This document shows positions 45,021-58,600 of a stretch of DNA of 64,000 nt, in pieces; position 1 is the first letter of the stretch; every line of letters starts with the position of its first letter. The notes beneath the pieces are model-generated. The model saw only the letters and a program-made list of their open reading frames with translations. It did no database searches and had not been told where the DNA came from. The stretch spans positions 62,001 through 126,000 of the forward strand of contig JBECUI020000037.1 of assembly GCA_040954595.2 (NCBI GenBank), read 5' to 3'. The translations under genes were made by a program, and so were the position numbers. The stretch is from Balanoglossus misakiensis. Taxonomy: Eukaryota; Animalia; Hemichordata.

Positions 45021-45872
45021 TCATTTCTTAAGAACTGACCAATCTATTTCTGCTGTTAAGACACCGAGGAAGACAAGACAGAAGCCCATAATAGCAATGA
45101 GTGTGAGTTGCTCCCCAAGAAAAAAAACAGAAAGAAGGGTCCCGAAGACGCTTTCAGTCGACAAAATTATTGCAGCTTTAGTTGGCAAAACAAATTTTTG
45201 AGCTCTGTTTTGTATATAGAAAGCTATTAGGGTGCTAAAAATTGCTAGGTAAGCAATTGCACCAAAGCCTTGAGGTTGTATTTGTATATCATAGGGGTCA
45301 AAAAGATTTCCAAGAAAAGAAAATATTGTAGCAAATAGAAACTGCAAGAAAACAATTTTGGTAAGATCTAGATTATGATCTTTTACGTATAATCCAATGA
45401 AGTAGATGTGAAATGCAAAGAGCAGAGCACACATTAATGTTAGTAGATCGCCCTTATTCAGTGAACCCCATCCATCAATAGTCAGGAAGCCAATACCCGT
45501 TATGGTCAGAAGCACCGCTACAATAATTGATAATTTTAGGGAGCGTTTACTGAAGAAACAGTAAATGAATGGCGTCATAACAACATTTGTTGATGTAAGA
45601 AAAGCATTTTTTGATACTGTAGTGAATTGTAATCCAATAGTTTGAAAGATAAAGGCCGTGCCAAGGAAGAATCCCAATACTATACCAGGGAATAGGGTAT
45701 GCTTGAAGTTCCGTAATTTTTTATATTGCAGAATGTAAAAAATAAGGGTCGCAATCGCAAAACGCAAAGTTGTAATCAGCATGGGGCTAAACCCCGATTC
45801 CAGAGCGAGTCGGGCAGCAACAAATCCTGTTCCCCATATTAATGCAGCTAAAAAAAGGCTTGCTTCAATCAT
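45021..45872 (-). CDS. DMT/EamA family transporter
   Basis: IWGTGFVA, QTIGLQFTTVSKNAFLT, GDLLTL and AAIILSTESVF; about 10 TM helices. Confidence 0.92.
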   Translation of the reverse strand: MIEASLFLAALIWGTGFVAARLALESGFSPMLITTLRFAIATLIFYILQYKKLRNFKHTLFPGIVLGFFLGTAFIFQTIGLQFTTVSKNAFLTSTNVVMTPFIYCFFSKRSLKLSIIVAVLLTITGIGFLTIDGWGSLNKGDLLTLMCALLFAFHIYFIGLYVKDHNLDLTKIVFLQFLFATIFSFLGNLFDPYDIQIQPQGFGAIAYLAIFSTLIAFYIQNRAQKFVLPTKAAIILSTESVFGTLLSVFFLGEQLTLIAIMGFCLVFLGVLTAEIDWSVLKK

Positions 45873-46047
45873 ATCTACATGTACTATAAATGATAAATCT
45901 AAAAATTTCTTCGGATTATCCTTAAAATTTTATTTCTTTCCGAGCAGTTTTCTTCCGCCTTGAGGATGATATGCAGCGGTTAGAGGTGGAGTGCCAGTAC
46001 GAATACTGGCAGCACGCTACGCACGAACACACAAAGAAATAAAAAAT

Positions 46048-46076
46048 TTGACAACAGAATGCAATTATGTTATGAT
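46048..46076 (+). promoter_or_regulatory. Sigma70 promoter upstream of the atoE-like gene
   Basis: TTGACA-17 bp-TATGAT. Confidence 0.7.
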
Positions 46077-46339
46077 TGGTACTTGTCGGGAATATATATG
46101 GTTCGCAATATAATTGACGGTCTATCCACCTATCTGACAGTCTATCCAACTATCCAAGAGTACGAGATAACATTAATAAAAAACAGAATAGCAAAGCGCA
46201 GGGGATCTATATTTTTAGTGCGCGGAATGAAACGGACAAAAATACTTTTCTCTGTGTAGGTCAGGAGGTACTCTTTACAGAGAGTTAAGAATGGTTTTGT
46301 AGATAAATTTATGCTGTACATACAAGTTAAGGAGGAGTT

Positions 46340-47708
46340 ATGAAGGCTAAAAAAAGTATTTTTTCTAAGGTTGTACACCTTAGTACGAAGGTAGTAGAGA
46401 AACTATTACCTGATGCGTTTGTATTTGCTGTGCTTCTCACAGCGGTTGTATTTGTGGGGAGTATGGTATTCACCAGACAAAATCCTCTTTCCGTGGTGAA
46501 AAGTTGGTATGGAGGAGTTTGGAGTCTGCATACTTTTGCAATGCAGATGTCACTGATTATTGTTACTGGACATACGCTTGCTCTATCTCCCTTCTTTGGA
46601 AGGATACTCAGATCATTAGCAGGCCTGCCAAAACAAACACACAAGGGATTATGTTTGTTACGTTTATTGCTAGCGTTGCATGCTGGATAAACTGGGGTTT
46701 TGGATTAATTATAGGAGCAATCTTTGCGAAGGAAGTAGCAAAAAAACTACGAAGTATTGATTATCGTCTATTAATTGCATCAGCATATACCGGATTCTTG
46801 GTATGGCATGCGGGTTTATCAGGATCCATCCCCCTACAAATGGCAACGGAAGGACCTAATTTGGCAACGTTAAGCGGAGGCGTATTAACAACTCCTGTAA
46901 TGATAGGAGACACCATATTTGCTCCCTTTACTCTCATTCCTGCTATTGTGCTCGTTGTGACACTTCCCATTTTAAATGCTCTCATGCACCCAAAAGGAGA
47001 TAGGGTAATAACTATTGATGCAAACCTCTTTAAACGATGAGGCATTGAACGAGGAACAAACAGAAACAAAATCTCCTGCCCAAAAGATGGATAATTCTCG
47101 GCTCATTTCTTTGTTCTTAGGAGGTATGGGGCTACTCTATATCGTATTTTATTTTGCAGAACGTGGATTTAATCTTAATTTAAACATTGTAATATTCATC
47201 TTTTTTGTATTTGGTATCTTATTACACAAAACACCGATGCGTTTTATTGTTGCAGTAAAGCAAGCTGTAAATGGTGCTGCCGGGGTTATAATACAGTTCC
47301 CGCTGTATGCTGGAATTATGGGCATAATGACTGGAACAAACGCTGAAGGTACTTCTTTGGCTATTCAACTAACCGAGGCATTCACCCATCTGGCCAATGC
47401 ATACACACTCCCATTCTTTTCTTTTATTGCTGCCGGAATACTAAATATCTTCGTGCCGTCAGGAGGAGGACAATGGGTTATACAAGGTCCTATTTTTATG
47501 CCACTTGCTGCTGAATTGGGAGCGGACTATGCAAAAACAGCGATGGCAATAGCATGGGGAGATGCGTGGACAAAATATGCTACAGCCATTTTGGGCATTG
47601 CCAGCACTAGGAATTGCCGGACTTGGAGCAAGAAGTATCATGGGATTTTGTTTTATTGCCATGATATATGCAGGTGTAATTATGGGATTGGGTATGCTTT
47701 TCCTGTAA
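46340..47708 (+). CDS. atoE: Short-chain fatty acid transporter (AtoE family), frameshifted
   Basis: LPDAFVFA, FAMQM, NWGFGL, VWHAGLSGSIPL, IQFPLYAGIMG and FVPSGGGQW motifs; GGAGGAG RBS. Confidence 0.88.
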
Positions 47709-47900
47709 GGAAAATGTCATTCCAGTTCTACTTGAAAGAAGCTGCTTGACTATAGTTGTCATTTTACCAGTGCGGAGACAAGCGCCAATGCTTTGATCTT
47801 TTGGGGGGCGCGTGAAATCGTGCCCCCGATTCTAGTGCAGTCGGGCAACAATACATCCAGTTTCCTATTTCGGAGCAGGGTTTCTCCTGTGATTAGCAAA

Positions 47901-48774
47901 CTACTTGGTGGTTAAGGTATGTACGGCGTTGTGCAGTATACTACTATCTTTGGTACAGACAGCGATTAAGTCAATGGATTTATCCAGGTCAGTCGTGCGA
48001 AAAAGAGATTTTTGATTCCGTATTCTTTAATAAACTGTTTTCGGATTGGATGATGTCTATTTTGAATCAAAATTTTTCTCAGAATACGTAGTATAGGACT
48101 TGGTAATATTTTTTAATTATCGATACTGATTTTTTTGATTTTTTGGCGGCTTCGCGTGTTGCTGTGAGGCGATTTACTTGAATGGTGTAAAGTGGTTCGT
48201 CTGCAAAGAGACCAAGAACTTGAACAGCAGGGAAATAGGCACTCAATAGAGAATGCAACTCGGAATGATTAAATTCATGTATGTGAAGTGGATTCCATGG
48301 CTGCATGCCCGGATCTAATCTGAGTCGAACATTAGGAGTTGCTAAAATGGCTACTCCTGAAGAAGAGAGCACTCGAGACATATTGCTGAGATATAGGTTA
48401 TAGTCGACGATATGTTCAATGACCTGTAGACTCGTAATGATATCAAACTCTTCGTCTGCGAATGGGAGGTGCTTCCTGGTTACTAGTTGGAAGTCTATTT
48501 GGGGATTATTGTAATGTTTTCGTGCAAACCGTAGGGCTTTTTGAGAAATGTCGTAACCCACCACTTTGTTTGCTGTGCTAGAGAGTATGTTACTACCGTA
48601 TCCTGTATTACATCCTAAATCCAGGATGTGTTTTTCTTGGCATAGCCGAGCTATTTGAAAATATGCAAACTTATGTGTTAAATCTACAATCCATTCCTCT
48701 TGTGTTTTTCCAGTTACGACAAAAGGACTTTTTACTTGATGTTTAACATTTTCTTTGTGAGTTCTGTCCATCAT
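47901..48774 (-). CDS. Class I SAM-dependent methyltransferase; the C terminus continues in a shifted frame
   Basis: ILDLGCNTGYG, QVIEH and ATPN motifs. After an A-run, another frame reads ...DLDKSIDLIAVC...* to 47901. Confidence 0.85.
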
Positions 48775-48939
48775 TGTTTGGAGAGATTGTTACACAGCAA
48801 GGAAGGAGATAAAACACTTATAAAATGATACATTGTATACATACGTATACAATACATATGCACTATAACAGAAAATATCAAGGGCAAATGTTGTTTTTTA
48901 TGTCTATTTTCCTTTTCCGGTTGGAAAGCGCAATGTCGA

Positions 48940-49648
48940 CTATGCCGATAACAAATGTTCTGCCAGTTCGTCCGGAGCTGAGAAAAAGGGAGAATGATCA
49001 GTGTCCATGGAGATAATCTTCTCGCATGGGAGTTTTGTGTACATTTTTTTCTGTAGTGCCGGAGTAATGGCTTGGTCACGCATGCATGATATATATATCC
49101 GAGGCACTTGACCAAAGTTTTCTTCGGTTGTGCTGACCGGGGCAATGAAGGGTGCGGTTGCCTGCGGTGTTAACAGTGATATTGCGCGCTTGATGTCCTT
49201 ATCGGAACAGTTGTTGTAAAAAACTTCGGGTGCTCTATTTACAGTCGTATAACTTTGATCTTCTGCCATAGTCAGATTCGGAAGAACTAATGCATCGGTA
49301 TCCTGTTCGGCGTACTGCATAAGGGAAACATTATTGTCTAACAAAAAAAGCTGTTACGTATACCAATTTTTTGATTTTATCCGGACGATACTCGGCGGCT
49401 TGTGTAATGACAATGCCTCCCATGCTATGCCCGATCAGTATAACTGGTTCGGATTGGGCATCCAGTACCTCGCAGAGAGAATCGGTGTACGCTTGTAGTG
49501 AGATGTCAGGTATGGGGGTTTTATTATCTCCATGACCGGGCAGGTCCACCGTTTGAACTGTATGACCTGCTTTTTCCAAGAGAGGTACTACTTTTTCCCA
49601 ACACCATTTGCCATGCCATGCTCCGTGAATCAAAATATATGTATTCAT
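48940..49648 (-). CDS. Alpha/beta hydrolase (methylesterase-like), frameshifted
   Basis: LIHGAWHG, DLPGHG, nucleophile GHSMGG, D.AI and DHSPF. Confidence 0.92.
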
Positions 49649-49822
49649 AACTTGTATTTCCTTGTGCTCCCTATGATTAAATGTAATTAATGAAAAAATA
49701 ATACTCTTTTTGCTGAACGGGTGTCAAGGAAAGTATATACGCGTCTATTGATTTATCTTGAAATATAAGGGCAGCACCTATCCCAGCAAACACAAGATCA
49801 AACTGTTGTCATTCCCAAGAAA

Positions 49823-49908
49823 CGGAGAGAGGGGGATTCGAACCCCCGGTACCCGCAAGGGCACAACGGTTTTCAAGACCGTCTCCTTCGACGCTCGGAC
49901 ACCTCTCC
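49823..49908 (-). tRNA. tRNA-Ser(UGA)
   Basis: GGAGAGG acceptor stem, anticodon arm ACGGT-CTTGAAA-ACCGT, long variable arm and GGTTCGAATCC T arm. No encoded CCA. Confidence 0.93.
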
Positions 49909-50090
49909 CTCAGAATAGAATATACAAAGTAACGGGAGAATGCAAGATTATTACCTTGTTTCGGCTTGTTTCGGTAATAATTTTAGCGAGCATAACTATT
50001 GAACATGTTGTTGAAGCAATCTTTGCGTAACAGGGACATATTCACGAGTAACGGCAGCAGGGGTGTGAGCAGAATCCAATGTCGTGTCGG

Positions 50091-51258
50091 TTACACGTAG
50101 GAGATTGCGTTGTATTTAGCTATGAGAATACGTTGCACTGATTCTTCCAATCTACTTCGGGTAATAACACCTTCTTGCAATGCCTGTTGGAGAATAGCAT
50201 AGGTTTTTTGTGCACCACGGGGATGGAGCAAAATATCACTCCGGCTAGAATCGCCCGGATAATAACATCTTGGTAGGAAGGAGATAATTCCACTCCACGC
50301 ATGTTCAATGAGTCGGTTAGAATAACTCCTTGGAAGTTCATTGACTTACGCAGAAGTTCGGTAACAACTGCATAGTCGGTACTAGCTGGAATTCGTGCGC
50401 TGCTTAATTGCGGGTAATATATATGGGCAACCATAATAGCATCAACGCCTGCAGCAATCCCTTGGCGGAAAGGAAGTAAATCGATCTCTTCCAACGTTTC
50501 ACGAGGAGATCAATGACAGGCATGGTATTATGACTGTCTTGGGTCGTATCCCCGTGGCCGGGAAAATGTTTTAATACCGCACTAATACTACTCTTTTGTA
50601 ATCCGGTAACATAGTTCGTAACCATATTTGCGACATTCTCAGGTGATGATCCGAAGGTTCGAGTTCCCAGGGTTGATGTGGGAAAATCACGAGAAACATC
50701 GGCAACTGGTGCCAAGTTCATGCTAATGCCGAGAGAGCGCAATTCTTTGCCGACCGACTCTGCGAGGTCATGTATGAAGACAGGGTTATTTGTTCGTCCC
50801 AGTCGTTGGACTGATGGGAGTGGAGTAATAACAGTACTGGGCAAACGCGCAAGGCGGTTCACCGTTCCTCCTTCATGGTCGATCGCAATCATCATAGGGA
50901 TTGTGCGAGACTCCTGTAAGGCATTAATGAGGGCAACCGTCTGTTCCGGTGTTTGAATATTTTGTTTGTAGAGGATAATTCCGCCCCAGTGCATACCATT
51001 CACCCATTCCGTAGACTCATCCGACAAGGTGGTAATCCATCTGCCTTGGCTATCTATCAGGGCGGGCATAAGCATTTGCCCGATCAGCTGATCGCTTGTC
51101 ATGGAACTGACAAAACGTTCTACAGCGGAAGTCGTTTCCGAGGAAACCACCGCGGTATCTTGTGGTTCCTCTTGTTGTGGTTGGGCAACAGGAGTTGTGC
51201 AACTAATCAATCCGGGAAGAATTATTATAATAATACAAATATAGATCAAACGATACAT
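50091..51258 (-). CDS. nagZ: GH3 beta-N-acetylhexosaminidase (NagZ-like) lipoprotein, frameshifted; 3' end approximate
   Basis: IDHEGG, NLAPVAD, KHFPGHGDTTQDSH and TDSLNM motifs; lipobox LISC. Confidence 0.85.
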
Positions 51259-51402
51259 AAGTTCTCCTAAATTATGCAATAAATTTCTAAAAAAATTGCA
51301 TATGACGGGTACTTTTCCTCCAACACCGTATTATGGTTATATCAGAATAATAATAATATGTCATTAGGGGAAGAATAATGAGTGTATCAGTGAGATGTTT
51401 TT

Positions 51403-52460
51403 TTATGGTTTTGGCGGGCGCTGTGAGGTTGGGATATTTTCGTATACTGTATCATAGGAGTAGATTCCCGATACAATAAGTTCTTCATATATGTTGGGCT
51501 GGGTAATTTTGACAACCGGCAGAAAGAGGCAGGGGATTGTACCAGTTTCTTTGGGGTCCGCAGTTAGTTCTGCCAATGAAAATTTTTGTAATTCTTGTAT
51601 TGATTCTTTTTGTGCAAGACTAACAGCAATACGGATAGCCTCTGCGGGCAAGGGACGCATGTTTTTATACACAGTTAAGCTTAGTTGACCTGCAAGAATT
51701 GATTGTACCCCCGCAATAGATGCATCCAGACCCGACACAGGAATGTTCTCCACTAATCCTTGGGCACGTAGGGCATCTATTGCGCCAAGTGCCGTAGCGT
51801 CATTTGAAGCAACGACAGCATCAACCTGATTGTTTTGTGTAATAAGAATGTTTTCCATAATCATTTGTGCTCGAGATGCTTCCCAATTTTTGACCCATTG
51901 GTCTGCAATAATTGTTATTTGACCGCTATCAATATATGGCTGTAAAACTTCCATCTGGCCTCGGCGTAGCAAGATCGCATTGGTATCTAGCGGACTTCCA
52001 CCAAGAAGTACAAACCTGCCGGATGGATTACCAAGGATTACTTCACGAGCTTGTATTCGTCCTGCCTCTATGTAGTCAAAGGAAAGATAGGCCGCAAGTT
52101 TCGGTGTTTTAATAAGGTGCATGTATGCCAGAGTAGGTATGCCCGCATCTGCCGCTTGTGCAACGGTAGGGGCAACTGCGTTACCCTCTTGTGCAATAAC
52201 GATCAGTACATCACTGCCTTCTGCGATCATATTGTTTATTTGTTCATTTTGTGCTGCTGCATTACGGTTAGCTTCTCGTGTTATAACCCGTATTTCTTTA
52301 TGCAGATCAGTTTCCAACAACGCCACCCAGGGTTCGGAGGCGGAATCGAAAAACGATACTCCAACAATGACCGGTTCGTCTTTTCCTGCTGTTTCTGCTG
52401 TTCCAGTAGCAATAGTAATGGAATCGTATAACACATCAACAATGTAACAAGTATTTTCAT
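51403..52460 (-). CDS. Sugar ABC substrate-binding protein (XylF/ChvE-like)
   Basis: GGSPLDTNA, DAVVASNDATA and VSGLDA motifs. A signal peptide (MKILVTLLMCYTIPLLLLL) starts at 52460 in a different frame. Confidence 0.85.
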
Positions 52461-52666
52461 GCATTCTCCATGTCAGAACATTATAAAACCTTTTTCCGAG
52501 CTTTTGTCAAGCAGCATCCGCTTGTAAACAAATAAAAATAGTTAAAAATATTAAGTAAAAAGTAAATATACTATTTGCATAATATATAATATTAGTATAA
52601 AATATCTTTGGCAATAGTTTGCTAGAAGATAGGTGTTTATTTATGATAAGAATTTTTTCCTTGTTT

Positions 52667-55600
52667 TGCTCAAAGTTTACATTAAGGTTTCTTTCCTTAT
52701 TTTGTGTATCGTGATTCTCACAGGGTGCCTTGATATAAGAGATAGTATTAGTAATGATACGGAAATACCCAAGGTGAGCCATGTTAATATGAATTTTATT
52801 TCCAGCAATGATCTACAGGTAACTTGGGTGCCAAATGAGGGGGGCCCTGAGCCACAGAAAAATAGATACACTATTCGGATCATATCTGATGAAACCGGAT
52901 TAGAAATGGCAACAGCTATTAATGTACAAGGGACCCAAGAGGATGGTAATCTTCTTTCATTTACTTTTACTGATATTATACTACAAGCAAATTCAAAATA
53001 TACTGCTGAAGTTGTTCTCCTAACACAAGCTGGTTCGTCTGAACCAACAAAGTCGGAAGTAGTAGAAACAGGTGAAATAATGACAAGCGTAACCGATCTG
53101 ACAGCAGAAAGCCCGGGGTTGAATGTCATGGAGGTTTCATGGACACCGCCGGAGGATACTACGGATGTGCAAAAGTATATCGTCCGTATTATCCCGGAAG
53201 ACGGTTCTCCTCCTATACTTCGAGAAGTTTCTGCTGATGAATTGCTCGGTGATGATGGGAAAATGGCCTATACCGTGCAAGACGATCGGATTGTGTCTTC
53301 CAAAAAATATGCTGTGGAAGTTTTGGTGCAAGATAACGATGGAAATTTATCCGTTCCTGTTCGTCCGGAAGCGGACGGGGGAATAGTATCAACAGGGTCG
53401 GCAGCAGCAGTACGCTCTCACAATAGCGGTGATGTTGTTGGCACCGATACGCCAACTATTTTTGGAATTGCTGAGGTCGGCAGCACGATAACATTGCTGG
53501 AGAATGATATACGTCTTGGAAGTGTTGTCGTTGCCGAGGATGGAACGTGGAGTATTACCCTTTCCCTGTCTGAAGGAGAGCATGATTTTATTGTACGTTC
53601 AAGCGAATTAATGAAATATGACATCGATACAAACTTCTTGCTGGTCGTTGACATATCCACTGAGGTGCCGGTTTATTACCTCGCATACCAATAATTCTTC
53701 TATCAACACCGAGACACCAACTATTGCTGGTACTTCGGAGGCAATTTCAATAATAGAATTATTTGATGGTAATGAGTACGTTGGATCCACTACATCGGAT
53801 ATTGATGGAAATTGGAGCGTCGTGGTCTATTTAAGTGAGGGAGAACATAATTTATTTGTAAATGCTATTGATAAGGTGGATAATGCCAACAGTTCGGAAG
53901 CAATAATTCTTACTGTTGACCTATCGACTACAGCGCCAATTATTATGTCTCATGCGGATGGAGACGTGATAAATACGGATACCCCAAGTATTTACGGTAC
54001 TGCAGAAGCGTCTGCTATTGTGGAATTATTTGCCAACACCATCCAGTTAGGTAGTAGTACAACAGACGGAGACGGAAATTGGAGCATTACTCCAACCCTT
54101 CCCGGGAAAGCGTTCTGTCTATTCGTGCAACCGACTCTTTTGGATATACGGTTACTACTACTATTACTATTGTAGTCGACATTTCTACTCCTGAACCAAC
54201 GATTATAAGTCATTCTGATGGGGATGTCCTGAATAATGCAACTCCCACTATTGTTGGTACTGCCGAAGCAGGATCTGTGGTAGTCTTGAAAGAGGATATA
54301 ACTATACTTGGAAGCTCTATAACAAGTGTTGAGGGTGAATGGAGCATTACCCCAACATTAACCGAAGGACTGCGCAACCTAATAATTGTATCTACCGACG
54401 ATGTTGATAACAGTGCTACAACATCTCTTAGCTTAACCATAGATCTTACTGTAAATCCGCCGGTCATTACATCACATGTAGACAATGAGGCAATGAATAC
54501 TGATAGACCGGAAATAACTGGTACGGCAGAAGCGGGGGCCCACATTAAACTGTTACAGGATGGGGATGAACTCGGCGAAACGGTAGCCGAAGACGGAATA
54601 TGGATGCTCTCTCCCATATTACGCGAGGGACGCAATACCTATGTTTTTCTTGCTACCGATATAGCCGGAAATAATTCAACAACTGTATTGGAATTTATTG
54701 TAGATCTTTCCACCGATGTCCCATACATTGTTTCTCATTCTAATGAGGAAGTGGTTGGAAACACTGATCTAACCATTGAAGGAAGATCGGAGGCATTGGC
54801 AGGTATAGAATTGTACGAAGATACAGTTCTACTGGCGAGCAGCTCATCAGACGCAACAGGATTGTGGAGCACCAATCTGACCTTACTTGAAGGAAGACAT
54901 GATGTCATTATACAAGCAACTGATTCAGTAGGAAATGTTGCAACGGAAACATGGACGGTTATTATCGACATTTCAACACAAGTTCCTACTATTACATCAC
55001 ATTGGGATGGGGATACTGTTGGTGACAGTACCCCAATGTTTTCCGGCTGGGCAGAAGCAGGTGCAACTGTAATTTTGTATGCCGGTTCTAGCAGGCTTGG
55101 GAGCAGTCATGCTGATGACAACGGCATTTGGAGTATTGAAACAGCATTGAATGAGCAATCCTATCTTCTATTCGTATACGCAGAAGATAGCATCGGAAAT
55201 ACTGCAATTTCAGAAGAAATGACTGTTACCATCGATCTTTCAACCCAAATACCGCTTATAAGGTCTCCATCTCCGAACGACGTATTAAATAACAATAATA
55301 TAAGTGTTCTCGGAGAGGCAGAAGCTAATTCACAGATTGAAGTCTTTGAAGGAGAGACCAGTCTTGGAAATGCTGTTGCTTCCGATGGAACTTGGATGGT
55401 CTTATTTACTCTATCCGATGGTGCACATATTATTATAGTTCGCGCAACAGACCGATTTGGGAATACAGCAAACTCAAATCCAGTATCTTTTATTGTTGAT
55501 ACAGTTACTCCAGAACCGACAGTTATTTCCCATGCCAATAATGAGGTAGTTGGAAGTACGTTGGTTATGCTTGAGGGTACTGCAGAAAAAAATGCGCAGG

Positions 55601-58600
55601 TTGTAATTCTAGAGGGCACGACGGAGTTGAATACAAGCAGCACCGACAGTAATAATAACTGGAGCATGGATCTCAACCTGTCCGAAGGTCAGCACGATCT
55701 TACAATTGAAGCAACAGATTCCGTTGGAAACACGGCGACAGGGGAAATCTCTATTGTTGTCGATGTTTCAACGCCGTCCCCAACAATTACTTCTCATACG
55801 AATAATGAGACTGTCGCGGTTGTCGATCCGCGTATCTCAGGAACTGCAGAAGAAGGAGCATTAGTAGAATTATACGAGGATGCCACTCTCCTTGGTTCCG
55901 ACACGGCTACATCTTCGGGGTGGAACATTACTCCACTATTAACCGAAGGTGGGCATAATCTGGTAGTACGAGTAACCGATAGGGTGGATAATACTGCGAG
56001 TAGCCTTATTTTTCTTGTTGTAGATATTTCCACACCAATACCAACTGTAACATCACATAATTCCGGTGATGTTGAAAATACGAATACACCAATCATTGAA
56101 GGAACAGCGGAAGAAGGTGCCGTTGTGGAAGTCTTTCTCGGAACAACTTCTCAAGGAAGTGATGATGTCAATAATCTCGGAAGGTGGACAATTGTGCTCT
56201 CGCTTTCCGAGGGGGTACAGAATCTTACAATAAAATCAACAGACGATGTTGGAAACACGGCGACAGGAGAATTTTCTATTATTATCGATGTTTCAACACC
56301 GGTTCCGACAGTAACATCACATAATTCCGGCGATGTTGAAAATACGAATACGCCAATCATTGAAGGAACAGCGGAAGCTGGAGCCATGATTGAAATAGTT
56401 GAAAACGGCGTAGTCTTAGGCACAGGTAGAGCATCGTCTGAGGGAGCATGGAGCATTTCATTGACGTTAGTCGAGGGAGCACGAGTCATTACTATACAAG
56501 CGACTGATGAAGTTGGGAATATAGCTACCGAATCCTTGGAGCTTGTCATTGATGTTTCAACGGCAGATCCCCTAGTAACTTCTCATAGTGATGGAGAAAG
56601 GATTGCTCTTACTACTCCAACCATTACCGGTACTGCAGAGACAAACGCGGAAATCAAAATATATGAAGGGGCAAGCATGCTTGCTTCCGGTACTGCCAAT
56701 TCGGGAAATTGGAGCATCCCATTAACTCTATTAGAAGCGGAACATGTTTTCACGATTGAAGCAAGCGATCAAGTAGGGAATACAGCATCAGTCGAGTTCA
56801 GCCTTATCGTCGATATATCAACCCTACGTCCAGTTGTTATTTCGCATATCAATAATGAGCGTGTCGGAAGCAGTACCCCGACTATTAGTGGTACTGCAGA
56901 AGCTAATGCCCAGGTAGAAATTCGAGAAGGAAGCACCATACTGGGGACCGACTTTGCTGATGCGGGTGGGTCTTGGAGTATTATACCAACCTTGTCGGAA
57001 ACGACCCATACCTTAACCATAGAGTCAACCGATAGTGTAGGGAATCGTGCATCTTCTACTCTCATACTTCTTATTGATATTAGCACACCGGTACCAACAA
57101 TAACATCGCATAGCAATGGTGATACCGAAAATACTGCTACCCCGACTATTGCAGGTACCGCGGAAGCAAGTGGAACTGTAGAGATATCAGAGGGTGGGAC
57201 AGCACTAAATGAAGCAGCAGTCGCCACTGACGGGAGCTGGAGTATGTCGGTAACGCTCATTGACGGAGAGCATAGTCTTACCGTACGGTCAACTGATACA
57301 GTCGGCAATACTTCGATCTCGACCCTGACGATAACAATCGACACCGTAACATCGGCACCGGTGGTAACATCACATAGTAACGGCGATACCGAAAACACCG
57401 CTACCCCAACTATTGCAGGGACTGCGGAAGCAGGTGCAACTGTAGAGATATCGGAGGGTGGTACGGCATTAAATGAAGCAACAGTGGCCGAAAACGGCAG
57501 TTGGACTATGATCATATCACTAACCGAAGAAGAACATACTCTCACCATAAAGGCAACAGATGCGGTTGGGAACATTTCTTCGTCTCAGTTAGTTCTTATT
57601 ATTGACATTTCAACCACTGCCCCGATTATTACTTCGCATACGAACAATGAACGGGTTGGAAGCACTACACCGACCATTAGTGGTACTGCCGAATCCGGTT
57701 CACAGATAGAAATTAAAGAAGGCAGCACGATACTTGCAACTGGAAATGCTAATCTTGGAGGCGAATGGAGTCTTACCCCGACTCTGTCGGAGGCGGTGCA
57801 TAGTCTTGTTATAACGTCAATTGATAGTGTAGGGAATAAGGAAAGTTCAACCCTCTCGCTCATTATTGATATCTCCACGCCGGCTCCGAAGGTAACATCG
57901 CATAATAATGGCGATACCGTAAACGTCTCCGTTCCGACTATTGCAGGGACCGCGGAAGTTGGTGCAATAGTAGAAATATTGGAGAATGGGACAGTATTAA
58001 ATGAAGCGACAGTCGCCGCAGACGGCAGTTGGAGCATGTCTATTATCCTTTCCGATGGTGAGCATAATCTTACTCTCACGGCAAGCGATGCAGTAGACAA
58101 TACTGCGACCTCGACCCTGAGGATAACAATCGATACGGTAACATCGGCAGCAACGGTAACCTCACATAGCAGTGGTGATACCAAGAGCACTGCTACCGTA
58201 ACTATTGCAGGGACTGCGGAAGCAGGTGCAACCGTAGAAATATCGAAGGGTGGCACGACATTAAATGAAGCAACGGTCGCTGCAGACGGCAGTTGGAGTA
58301 TGTCCATTTCCCTTGTTGACGGCGAGCATAATCTTACTCTCACGGCGACCGATGCGGTCGGCAATACTGCGACCTCAATCCTGACGATAACAATCGACAC
58401 CGTAACATCGGCGCCTGTTGTAACATCACATAATAATGGCGATACCGTAAACGTCTCCGTTCCGACAATTGCAGGGACCGCGGAAGCAGGCGGAACTGTA
58501 GAGATATCAGAGGGTGGCACGGCATTAAATGAAGCAACAGTAGCCGCAGACGGGAGCTGGAGTATGCCGATAACACTCATTGACGGAGAGCATAGTCTTA

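Noticed and set aside
49758-50030. 90-aa ORF, and the idea of an island integrated at tRNA-Ser
   Set aside because: The ORF overlaps the tRNA in antisense; no duplicated tRNA 3' end or integrase was seen in the window.
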